A stretch of 64,000 nucleotides of DNA from Lama guanicoe (Eukaryota), in assembly GCA_013239625.1 (NCBI GenBank), contig MU054323.1:10695186-10759185 (forward strand). The letters are read 5' to 3'. The translations under genes were made by a program, and so were the position numbers. Of the stretch, positions 52,560 to 64,000 are shown piece after piece. The notes beneath the pieces were generated by a model. That model saw only the letters and a program-made list of their open reading frames with translations, was not told the DNA's origin and ran no database searches. The first letter of the stretch is position 1. Each line of letters opens with the position of its first letter.

Positions 52560-53525
52560 AATGCAGGGAAGGGGGATAAAGAAGGACACTATATAAGATT
52601 AAAGGAGCAATACAAGATGCAGATATTATGCTCATTAAAACATATGCACCCAATATACAAGTACCTAAATACATATAGCAAATACTAACAGACATAAAGG
52701 AAGAAACTGATGGGAACACAATCATAGTGGGAGACTTTAACACCCCATTAACATCATTGGACAGATATTCCAGACAGAAAATCAGTAAGGCAATGGAGAA
52801 ACTAAATGACACAATAGAACAGTTGGACTTGGTTCATATTTTTAGGACATTACATCCCCCCAAAACAGAATATACTTTCTTTTCAAGTGCACATGGAACA
52901 TACTCTAAAATAGATCATGTACTCTGGCACAAAAGAAACCTCAACAAATTTAAGAGAACAGAAATTATTTCAAGCATCTTTTCTCACCACAATGCCATGA
53001 AAGAAAAAATCAACCACAGAAAAACAAATGAGAAAAAAAATGACAGCGTGGAGGCTAAAAACCATGCTGCTAAAATACCAGTTGGTCAATGATGAAATCA
53101 AAGAAGAAAGTAAAAAATACTTTGAGACAAACGACAATGAAAATACAACCACCCAAAATCTATGGGATGCAGCAAAGCAGTCCTAAGAGGGAAGTTCATA
53201 GCAATATAGGCCTTCCTCAAAAAACAAGAACAAACCCAAGTAAACAACCTAACATGGATGGACCCAGAGATCATCATGCTAAGTGAAGTAAGCTAGGATA
53301 GAGAAAGCAAAATGCCATACGGTATCACTACTGTGTGGAATCAAAAAGAAAAAGAAAAAGAAAAAGAAAAAAAGTACCATGAACTCATCTACAAAACAGA
53401 AACAGACTTGCAGATGTAGTAAACAATTTTATGGTTATGGGGGAAAGTGGGTGGGAAGGGATAAATTTGGAAGCATGAGATTTTCAAATGTTAGCCACTA
53501 TATACAAAAATAGATTTTAAAAAAT
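52560..53525 (+). mobile_element. L1 fragment: ORF2 endonuclease region fused directly to the L1 3' end
   Basis: GDFNTPLTSLDR...YTFFSSAHGTYSKIDHVL (APE-like EN motifs); junction at ~53251 to aacatggatggacccagagatcatcatgctaagtgaag. Confidence 0.9.
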
Positions 53526-54630
53526 AGAGTAACTCACAATTTCATTGGGAGGGCAGGATTAGTCAATAAATATTGCTGGAGCCACTGGTAACTATCTGGG
53601 AAGAAGTTCATTTGGAATCTTAATTCAAATCATTCACATTAAAAGGCAGACAGAATAAAATATTTTTTAAAAAAGAATCCATAAAAACCTCTATGGGGAT
53701 ATAAAGTAGTATTCCATGCATCTCTAGAAAAGAGAAGACTTTCTAAGATTAAAAATAATTTAAAAATTAAATAACATAGGAAGAAAATTTAACCACACAA
53801 AATTTTAAAACTGCATAAAATGCAAAAGACTTTTAAACTGGAAAAATTTACAACAAACATGGGTTATTCCTGATATCCAAATAATTTAGAAAAACACTAA
53901 GACTAGTAGGTCAAAGGTCTGTGGATTGTAACCGAAAATACAGACACACAAATTGCTAACAAACATGAAAAATTGTTCAAACTCACCAGTAAAGAAAGAA
54001 TTGCAATTTAAACTAAGACGGCATTTTCTTTACTTATTAAATTAAAATATACATTTTTAAAGTAATATTCAGCTCTGGCAAGTGTTCAGTGAGATAAGCA
54101 TCCTTATATATTGCTAGTAGGAGTATAAATTGTTCTGGTAGAGCATTTTGTAAAACTCTCTGAAGACAAATATAAATAGTCTTTACAATGCTCCCACCTT
54201 TTGACCCAGTAATTTAACTTACTGAAATCCATCCCAAGAAAATTATCTGATATAAACATAAAAGGTTTTTGCATAAGGGTATTTATTGCTGCTATCTTTA
54301 TAGGAAAAATGAAACAAACCAGAATAATGAGGAAGCAAACTTGCTGGCTGAAATATGAAATGACAAAGTAAATTATGGACATTCACAAGATAAGTTATTA
54401 TGCAACCTCTAAAAAGATGCTTATTAAGAGTTTATGTAATGTTGAGTGAAAATATCATCTTAAAAATGTTATGTGTAATATATTTTCATTTCTATGTTTA
54501 AAACTCACAAAGTAAAGACTGACAAGAAATATTAAATTGTTAAAAATAATTATTTTTAGTTGTTAGAATTATGGACTATTATTTTACTGTTTTTTCTATG
54601 TTTTTTTATAATCAAAGCAATAAAGTTTTG
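53526..54630 (+). mobile_element. Ancient L1M ORF2-end/3'UTR
   Basis: gtcaataaatattgctgg; aacaaacatgaaaaattgttcaaactcaccagta; ttgctagtaggagtataaattg; tttgacccagtaattt. Confidence 0.75.
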
Positions 54631-55719
54631 TAAACAGAATACAGATGCACATTCCAATTATACTTTGCAACACAAGAAAAATAGGATTAGATCTTCAAAC
54701 TCAGTCACTCTATCTACCATTCTCTTCTTTCTTAATCTCTCTCTATAAAGCCCACACACATGGCTTTGAAGGAGGAATAAAAGGATCGCTTGTTTCAGAC
54801 CTGATTTTTCTTTTCTATCCCAGCAGCGAAATGGGAAGACTGCCTCTAAGCAAGAGATCTAAGGCATAATGGAGGAAGAAAAGTAGATAAATGCTTGACA
54901 AAGGCTCTCTCTGCTGGGGAAGACCTCCTAGAATGACCAGAGGTTTTGTGATAAAGCAACCAGTCTCCACAGCTGTCTTCCTAATAAGCCAGAAGTACAT
55001 TTACTGTAGTCTGGTGGGTGACGATCAGCAGAACTTACAAAACAATACAGCACAATTTCCTCCAAGTGTTAGCAGCCAATTTCACTCTGGAAGGTAAAAT
55101 TACTGGAACTGATAAGCTAATATTAAGGGACCAAAAAAAGCCTTAAATATTCCAAAGACCAATTTGAGCCATCAGACCCACATCTGAACAAACAGGAAGG
55201 TGGCAACCTGGAAATTATAATAAGAATGAATTGATTTTGTACCTCTTCTTCAGTTTCATTATGATCTCTGACAGTAGAATGGATTCATTTTGTGTCATTT
55301 TCTCCTAAGCCTCAGAATATTTTATTTCAAGTCCTGAGATATGAGCAGAAAGCACAGATGGCCCTGTCCGCTCCAACTCAGCAGAGGCTGCGAACTACTT
55401 TGGAGTTGCTTAAACTTGTTTCTTTTCTCCAAGCAACCTGGCTATTCAGCAGCTGTTCATTTCAATGCTCAGAAAGATGCAGGGGGAGATGGAACTAACT
55501 GAAAGGAAACTCGGGGCTGGCAGAAGCAGGGTGTGGAAATGTGTATGACAAATATCTGGCATGGGGGCAGTTGAGCTATCTTTTAATAAGTTATTTTTGT
55601 TAATGTAAAAGAATAAGTACAAATAAAATTCTGTTTGTTTGGTTTTAGGAGCTAGACATAGAGTCATGGTATCTACAACTTACTCTCAAATGGTTCAATG
55701 ACAACAATAACAAAAATTT

Positions 55720-56609
55720 ACATATAGATTATATAAATATGTATTGGTCTCCACCCCAGGTTCCTGGCACAGAACTTCTGTAATTTCCTAAGTGATAAGA
55801 ACACTAGGAGCATCTTTTGTTCAAATGAGGAGACTCTAGGTGGCTCCTGGATGGGGGCCAAGCCATTATTAGAAGTTGGAATTACAGATTCACCCTCCAT
55901 TCTCCAGAGAGGAGAGGGACCGGAAATGGGAGTTAATAATTGATCGTGCCTATGTGAGGAAGCCTCCATAAATCCCAGTAGTAGTGGGTTTGGAGAACTT
56001 TGGGGTTGATGAACACATGGAGGTGCTAGGGGAGTGGTGTGCTCAGGCACAGTGTGGAAGCTCCACATCCCTTCGCACATATCTCACTCTATGCGTCTCT
56101 TCCATGTGGATGTTCATCTGTATCCTTTATCATATCTTTTTATAAACTGGTAAATGTAAACAAGTGTTTCCCTGAGTTCTATGAGTTGCTTTAGCAAACT
56201 AATTGAACTTGGGGGGAGGGGGTCATTGGAACCTCCAATCTATAGCCAGTGGGTCAGACGCTCAGGTGATAACTTGGGCTTGCAACTGGCCCCTGTAGTT
56301 TGTGTGGAGTGGGGCATGGGGGTCCAAGGGAAGAATGAGGTCATAGTTTTATGGCACCGAGTCTTTAACCTGTGCGATCTGATGCTGGTTTCAGGTGGAT
56401 AGTGTCAGAATTGAGCTAAATTATAAAACACCCAGCTGGTGTCACAGAGAATTGTTTGGTGTGGGGAAAAACCTCTACATATTTGGTGACCAGAAGTAAA
56501 GTGTTCTCTGTGAAGGTAAAAATGACACACAGGATAAACAAAGACATAGTAGGGAAGAACTATGTTTTTCCTTACATAGAAAGGAAAAAAGCTGAGTTTT
56601 TCCTTTACA
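55720..56609 (+). mobile_element. MER21-like solo LTR nested in an old L1 3'UTR
   Basis: atatgtattggtctccaccccaggttcctggcacag...catctgtatcctttatcatatc...gtgtttccctgagttctatgag...cacccagctggtgtc; ends ...tttaca; L1M-like flanks at ~55560-55716 and ~56610-56810. Confidence 0.8.
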
Positions 56610-56899
56610 AGTATGTAAGTATACACATATATGTATACAATGTACATATATATGTATATGTGTGTATACATATGGGAGAAAGGAAAGAGAAAAATGTAGT
56701 AAAATGTTAATAATTGAAAATCTAACAGAAGTGTTTGTAGAGATTTATAATACTGTTCTAGCCACTTTTCTTCAGATGTGAATTATTTTTTAAGATTTTT
56801 TAAAAATAAACTAAATTTTAAAATGATTTATTAACAGTCCTGGACCCACAATTGGGTGGGCGCACACACTATATTCTAACCAGTCCAGATAACTCTATT

Positions 56900-57432
56900 T
56901 ATTGAGCACATTCTCTGCTTTCTCACTTGCCTTTGCTCACACTATCTCCTCCACCAAAAATGCTCTCCTCCTGCTACGATTCACTCATCTTTCAGATCTT
57001 TTCCAAATACTTCTTGAAGCATCCTCTGATCTTTCCTTTTCCATCCATAATTATATTTGATTTCTTTCCATTGAATCCCTCTTAAGACCCAGTTGATTAG
57101 AGTAGCCTCCCTGGCTATGAGATCCCAGATCACCCCATCCTCTCCCCAGTCAAAGCACTTACTACAACTTATTATCACTCTCTCCCTTTCTGGACTCTAG
57201 GCTCCCTGCACACAGGGACCTTGTTTGTCTCATTCATTAATATACCCCAAATGCTGAGACAGGGCTTGGCATAGAAATATTTACCATATATTTGTTGAAT
57301 GAATAAACTACTTATGCACTGGTTACGTGTCTACTATTAGATTTTAAATATCCTTAAGATCAGGGACTCTTTCTTACTCATGTCCATAACCTTGCACAAG
57401 GTAGGTGCTTGATAAATATGTGTTGAATTGAA
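56900..57432 (+). mobile_element. L2 3' end(s)
   Basis: cctttgctcacactatctcctcc...gggaccttgtttgtctcattca...gcttggcatag...atatttgttgaatgaat, then a second tail gtaggtgcttgataaatatgtgttgaattgaa. Confidence 0.8.
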
Positions 57433-58549
57433 CACTTTAAAAAAAGGCAGGAAATGTGAAGAGTTCTTCATTTTCACCGAAGGACTAGACTTGTTTATTC
57501 ATGCAATCACTGACCCAAGAGCTGGAGTCAAGCAAGGCTTTAGCCCTGGCCATCCACGGGGCAAACAGAGAAGGCATAAATGAGTGGGCGGGACCATGTG
57601 CAGAGCAGAGTAGGGTGGTGAGCTTTGGATCTCCCTGGTCAGTAAGTAAGTCTTACAGATGGGGTTGGGGGGAGCTGCCTGAGGGTTAAAGACTAGGGAG
57701 AGCACTGCAATGGACTGTCAGTCCATTGCACTGTCAGTCCATCAAACCCTGATCCAGGAAAGAGAGGGGGAAGATAGATTTCTCACTCCCACCCGTATCC
57801 TTTATTACATTAGTTAATCAGGAAACAAACTCAGAAATCTAAATCCAAAAGGGGAATAACCACCACCATTTTCATAACTACAACGCAGCCAAATCCTTTT
57901 TTTCAGTGGCATATGTGAAAATACTTTAAGATGCTTTATTATTAAATTAGTACCTTCATCAGTTACCTTCCATTTTTGGGACAGCCAAGTACTCTCAGCC
58001 ATAGGTTCACTCACAGTGACAAAATTATCCATATGTATCCCATTGAAAGGAAACCTAAGAAATTAAGAACCTTTTTAAATTGCAGCCAGAAAATTGTGGT
58101 TTCAAATATTTCTGGAATGAGAATCACTGGTCTGAAATTAGAAATCATACACGACATAGATTTTGTATTGAATAGAAAATATGTAGGATTTGGTCTTCTC
58201 ATCACAAACTACAAATTCTCTGCTCCCAGTGTCCAGGTCTTTCTAGCAAAAGCACTTTCATATACATTTAAGGAATGCGGAAGTTCTTGAGAAGTAGGGG
58301 ATGATCCTTGACCATGTTCTATAAATTGCCACCACATCTAGAAACTGCCACGTCTCCATGGACATCCAAAGGTAGGATGATAATAACCCAAACAACTCCA
58401 TCCTTCAGATCCCACTTTGGTAGAGAAGGCTTTATCCCATCCCTAAGGAGAATGTGCACAGAAAGCTTGCTCCTAGAAGAGGAAGGATCCTGACCTTTCT
58501 GCAGGATTTTCCTGAAAAAAAAAAAAAAAGACAAAGAAGGAGAGCGGGG

Positions 58550-58760
58550 GAGTGTAGTGGCTGGAACACTGCATTCAGTCAGGGGTCCCAGTCAAGTCCT
58601 GCCTTTGAGCTCACTATCCATGAGAACTTAAGCCATTGAGCCTTTCTGAGTTTCCATTTAACCACCTTGAAAATAAGACTATCGAGGTTTACTTTCCCTC
58701 TGTCACAGACCTATTGTAAGGAAACAGTGAGATGTGGGGGTGTGAAAACATCTGAAATCT
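58550..58760 (+). mobile_element. MIR SINE
   Basis: gtgtagtggctggaacactgc...agtcagg...caagtcctgccttt...cctttctgagtttcc. Confidence 0.6.
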
Positions 58761-59289
58761 GAACTGCTGGCTGGACCAGCTAGCTATTTTTGATGTGGCA
58801 TTTCTCACCAGATTACAACAGAACCAATAAAGTTTCCATAGATCTTCTCTCCATGTTTTTTTCATTTCACTTCTCTTTTGACTAAAGAAGAAACATTTTC
58901 CAAACCTTCTAGTCTAATTTAAAAAATAAACAAATTAAACAAACAAACAAGCAAACAAACAAAACCCTCCTGAATGATCCCCTGAGTTCTGGCCAGGGCA
59001 GCAAGGAGGATGCTGACGTGGTTATGAACAGGGCTGTAGGAAAGAAATGGGTTAGAAAGACTCACCAAGCATCACTTTAAGAACCCTAGAATTTTGGTGA
59101 TTTTTAAATTAGAGAACAGTTGGCCAAAAAGAAAAATGGATTAAAAAAATCATGATAAAAGAAGATCTCAAAATGAGAAAGAGACATACTATTGTATTAT
59201 CATTAACAAAGAGCATGTATCTGAACAAGGAATGCAAAAGTGGATCCCAATAAGGCATAGTGTCAATGGTTATGGTCAAGGCCAGTATG

Positions 59290-59600
59290 TTATATATACA
59301 TCTATTTACTCAATGCACCTGTGTTTGGAATTTTCTCTGTGCTAGGTACTGTGTAGCCTTAGGATACAAAAGAGGACAAAAGCCTTATCTCCAAATAGGG
59401 GAGGCAAATATGCAAAGTAACAACTGTAATTCACTGTGGTATATACTGCTTAGAAGTAAGTGGTGGAGAGGAACATGGGAAGTGGGGAAATCCCTCAGAG
59501 GAGGTGATATCTGAATTGAGTCTAAAAGGGTGAAAGATGGGGCAAGGCATTCATGGCCAAAAGACAGCAGGATGAATCTCTCAGAGAAGAAAGACCTAAG
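59290..59600 (-). mobile_element. L2 fragment
   Basis: tgtgctaggtactgtg...cctcagaggaggtgatatctgaattgagtctaaaagg...aaggcattc. Confidence 0.7.
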
Positions 59601-60763
59601 GTGGGTCCAGCCACTACCATACTGGCTAAAGAAAAGATCCCAGGTTTAGTCAGCCCTTAGCCTCCCTCTGGGCAGACGAACAAATCCTTACATGTACCTA
59701 CATCATTTCAGCAATTCTTGAAGCTCAGGCAAATAATCTGAATCATTTATTCAATAATCTATTTGCTATTTATACCCTACTTTGTTTCAAAGCAATTGAA
59801 GGTGGTTACACAAAAGTGAGTTGGAAGGAGGTGTTCAGGTCTACACAGAGAATAAGTTGCTATGGAACACAATCCCTGTTAGGAGCAGCTGGTCCATGGG
59901 GACAGACTGCTCGCTCACAAGCCCTTACAATCCCTCTCCCAACAAAATAACTGGGATTAAGGCCCCCGGAGCTTCCAGTGGGAAGCACTGGCAACTAGAG
60001 ATCTTTCAGAAACGCCAGCGCCCTGAGGCATTCAGATTTCCCCTACACTGGACTTGACAGCAGATTTTTCTCTTTGAGATGGAAGAAGAGTCCCTTGGCT
60101 CAAGTCTACCCCATTCACCCCCACCACCAAGGAATACAGGCAGAAGGGAAAAACTACAACTTCCCCAAGGCTTGGGGCCTCTAGGTACTGAGCAAGACAA
60201 TTTGAGGAGCTAACTTAGTCATTTCACAACTCTGATATGTGGTAACAGAGCAGAGCCTTGTGGCTAGGAGTGTCCATACTGTTGGATTCCATATGCACTA
60301 GCTTGCTCGCTCACTCTTTCCCTCTCTCTCTCTCATCTAGATTCAGATGAGTCCCAATCACAGCAAGGAGCAGAACAGCCCTAAAGGCATGCACAGCCTT
60401 CTCCTTCCCTTGGGAGGGAAAGGTTTTGAAGCAGCACCCCTACCCACAGGCTCCCATGAACCCACAGATGGCAAGACAGGTGCAACCTTTAACCCAAAGA
60501 AGACCACGGAGCAGAGGGAGACTGCCTCCTGCACCTAGCTGATGGAGGAAAAGAAAACTATATATAATAAATACCCAGCAGATGGTGTGAGAAATGTAGC
60601 CCACCAAGAGTAAGAGAAGAAAACAAGAAATATGGGAAACAACCCATTTGCTTTCCCAATTTGCAGTTCCCCTTCACTGCACCTAATTTGAAAAATGCGA
60701 AGAATTTTTAAAGCTCCAATGACTAGTCATCTATCGCTTGGTCCCAGAGACTGTTTTGTTAAC

Positions 60764-60797
60764 AAAAAAAAAAAAAAGAAAGAAAGAAAGAAAGGAA
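60764..60797. repeat. Poly(A)/(GAAA)n simple repeat
   Basis: Directly visible. Confidence 0.9.
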
Positions 60798-61099
60798 GAG
60801 TGAGAGCATTCTAATTGCTGCCTTACTGAGCAATGCTTCAGTTTTCTCATTTACTTTTAATGACTGTGAACTCAGCTCCAAGACGTACACGTTGTACCTG
60901 CATTGTGAATTGTGTACACTGTTGTTGTGCTACCTTCAGCCTTCAAGGATCAGAGAAGCAACACAGCCACTTGAATAGAAACTGGCCTCTATTCTTCGTT
61001 TTTGCCTTCTTTTCTTCCCTTAACATTTTCATTGTCTCTTTTCTTCCTTCCTGCTGAATTTCTGACTTCTTTCTTTTTCCAGGATGAAAGAAATGAGTC

Positions 61100-61280
61100 T
61101 ATTTGCTAGGAGTATACAGACCATTAAACTTAAAAGAGACTCAGAAATCTTCCAGAAACCCATCACTTCATATTGAGGAAATTGAGGCTGAGAAATCACA
61201 GCCAGGAGTTACAGCTGCTGACTGAAGAGTCATCTCTAGGATCCCTGGTCTCTCAACCCCTGTGTTAGCATTCTTTCTAC
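61100..61280 (-). mobile_element. MIR fragment
   Basis: cttcatattgaggaaattgaggctgaga...ggagttacagctg. Confidence 0.55.
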
Positions 61281-63379
61281 CACCGCACTGCATTGCAGTT
61301 ACAGGGCAAATCAGCTCGGGACATGACAGAGTTAACAACTTCTTAACCCCTAGGTCTAGAAGGGCACAAATAATAATCATGATAATAATGATAATAACAG
61401 AATCCAAATCAAAACATACTTCTTGTTCTATAAGGTAAACTGTACTATCAAAGAAAATAGTTCTGCTTCAAATGTTGACTTGGTTTAAATGTCAAAACAA
61501 AACAAAGTCAAGTCTCCCAAACCTAATTAAGTTCAAATGTTTTCCTTAGTCACGCACTTCAGCTCAGTCAAGTATGGAGGTTGAATAAAAAGAGAAGCTG
61601 ATTGTAGTGGGCAACTGTATGGTCTTGCCTATCATTAATGGGGGACAGGGAGGACCCTCTACAGACAATCCTGTATCCAGGGGCTGGTTATCAAGTTGGC
61701 AAATTATTCAGGATCTTTGTTTTTCCCATGTCCCTCTGCCAACCATGATTGTTCTATTATTCCCTTGTACTACACTGGACAGGGGAAAAGAAAACACTGA
61801 AACTAATTTGTTTGGTTAGCAGATGAGTTTATGACAACAATGACAAAAGGGGAGAAGATTGAAGATCAAGACAAAAGTCCAAGACATATTTTAGGCAGTT
61901 ATAACCATTCCCTCTAAATCAACCCACAAACCATGCATTCTGGCGTAGGTCCAGTTTTTCCCCTTAAATGTGCAAATAACCTAAATGGGGTTTTTAAAAA
62001 GTAAGAGAACTTTTAAAAATAGTTAAAATGTATTCAAAGGAATTCTTAATTATCTAAATGGCTTCAACTGTAACACAAGTAAGGAAATGCTTTTATTAAA
62101 TGCCAAATCTTTTTTTAAAGCAACCTCAGGGTGATACTTTCAATGAGCTTTATCATGCCAGCAAAACAAAGTGGTGATCTGGGCAACTGTCCACATAATT
62201 CAGACCAAAGAAATCTGCCATTGCCACAAGTCCATTAACGTGATGTTCTGAACAACTTAGCTCATGAGGCAGCATACTTGTGCAGGGAATAGGCCAGAAG
62301 AGGTAGACCTCCCACAAGCTAGTACTAAAACGCTGGATGTAATCAAGCAAGCCCTTGTTTGTTGAATTCAACTGGCTGTTTAATCATAATTAAATGACCA
62401 GCAATTGGTCATTAACTTCTTAAAATGGTAACTGGTTGTTTACATGAGTCTACCACCCCACTATCATATTTGGGGTATTCTTCACAGTCAAGGTGTGGAA
62501 AATTGAATAGAGTTTTAACTGTCTCTGGCTTTGATTGGAGATAAAAATAGCATTGGGCTATCAAGGTGCTGGTCTTCACCTTTTTAACTACAACTTCAGA
62601 TTGCTGTATGTTTGTTCAGACGTATTATGTAGAAATTATCTTTTGATCCTACTAAAAGAAATAAATTGACTGCACTGCTGTTGATTCACTCATATAGAAT
62701 AAACATTGTTTTGGGTTGTCTACATAGCGCAATGTAGATTTAAGACAGTTATGCAGATAAATAATGTGATCCCAAGTTTGGAGGTCAAGGCTGTCGGAGG
62801 GGGCCCAAACCATTCCATGGATCTATGCCTCAGTAAATCACACAGCTCTCTATTTCCCTGTTCATCTCCATGGGCTCAGCCTCGATGTCCCTTAAAGGTG
62901 GCATTTCCAGGGAACAAACAACTTTAAGGAAATTAACCCTCCCCAAGTAACACTGGAAAATAGACAAGTAAGCTGGGAGACATAATATGTATGCTTAGTA
63001 TTAGAAACCGAGTAAGAAACACCAAGTCAATTGTTTTTGAAGACAATTAGGCAATACTCAGAGGCAAACCAGAAAAATGAAATCTTTTTTCTCATTACTA
63101 TACTGCAAAATGTAAGACTGCCTATCTGTGAAGCCAGCAGTTAGAACATTTTCAGAACAATAATCTCATCCTCCAAGAGCTAACTACTGTATTTACAGAT
63201 GAATTTCTAAGTGAACATTAAGGGTGCCTGCCTGCTGCCCTTGGCACCACAGACTGGTGAGTCGGGGTTATTGGGGGGGGTACCAGCAGCCAGTAATCTG
63301 CCCCCTTGATGCCATTTCATTTCACCTGGAACTAATGAGCTCTCTAAGAACTGGAATGGGTCTGGGTACAGGGTATGAA

Positions 63380-63560
63380 TTGGTCCCTAAAGCCTTACAT
63401 TTTGCTCAGCACTCTTTAAGTCACAAAGAACTTTCATACCCTCACCTCATATACAGCTTGTGATCATGATCATGACCATGACTATGTGAGGTAAGTAAAG
63501 CCAAGAAGACTGTCTGTATTTAACAGATAAAGCAACAGAAGGTCAGAGAGGGTCTCAAGC
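63380..63560 (-). mobile_element. MIR fragment
   Basis: gcactctttaag...ctttcataccc...tatgtgaggtaag...tttaacagataaagcaacagaaggtcagagagg. Confidence 0.55.
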
Positions 63561-64000
63561 TATTAATAACTTCCTTGCCCGGAGGTAGGGGCCGTGCCTC
63601 CTACTATATGTCTGGTGCTTTCCATTTTCTGGAGGAAGGCCAGCATTGGGATTAGGGTGCTCACAAGGGGTGGGAGTGCCAGCCCATTAATCCTACTTCT
63701 CACTTCCCAGAATATGCCTACCCTCTGTTTCTGAGATCCATCACCTATAAAATGAGGCAAGAATAGTGCCAAAATGACTATTCATGACAACTCACCCCAC
63801 CACACAGGGAGCACCTAGCCCTGGACAGGGAGCTATTTCTGGGTGTCTAAGAGACAGGAAGCAAAAAGAGGGAGTCACTGAGGGAGGTCTCAAGTTGGAT
63901 GGTGGTAAGAAGGACAAGCAGGGGTCTTGGAGGAAAAGGCCTTAGGTCTGTGTTAGACAATTGTCAGGGAAAACATAGATACACACACACACAGACACAC

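Noticed and set aside
61040..61140. Strong + strand acceptor-like tract (ttctttctttttccag|gatg); similar ones at ~16835, ~31248 and ~37583
   Set aside because: No convincing partner donor or open frame; the 61083 site runs into a MIR.
62698..62730. AATAAA with downstream GU-rich tract (polyA site)
   Set aside because: Common by chance in AT-rich DNA; no upstream exon evidence.
1..64000. Identification of a specific host gene
   Set aside because: No translated segment outside L1 matched a protein I recognise; naming a gene would be a guess.

Overview
This is AT-rich, CpG-depleted mammalian genomic DNA with no recognisable protein-coding gene, tRNA/rRNA gene or CRISPR array. It looks like a large intron or intergenic region. 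A tRNA-derived SINE resembling the camelid vic-1 type and the young L1 ends suggest a camelid host (inference). Much of the window is transposon-derived: many ancient MIR, L2 and L1M fragments, hAT MITEs (MER5, MER58, MER63, MER81-like), solo LTRs (MLT1, MLT2, MER21-like), a near full-length ancient HAL1-like element and five younger L1 insertions. The most notable structures are: (1) a TSD-flanked 2.9 kb L1 with 5'UTR, ORF1 and 3' end but almost no ORF2; (2) a clear twin-primed, 5'-inverted L1; (3) a second internally deleted L1; (4) two local templated duplications of 36 bp and about 71-75 bp; (5) a strong + strand bias of L1s, together with several minus-strand segments bounded by splice sites, hinting at a minus-strand host transcript; (6) repeat-free blocks that resemble enhancers. 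Repeat family names come from recalled consensus motifs, not from alignments. I see no firm evidence of a novel biological system; the ORF2-less L1 is the best lead.
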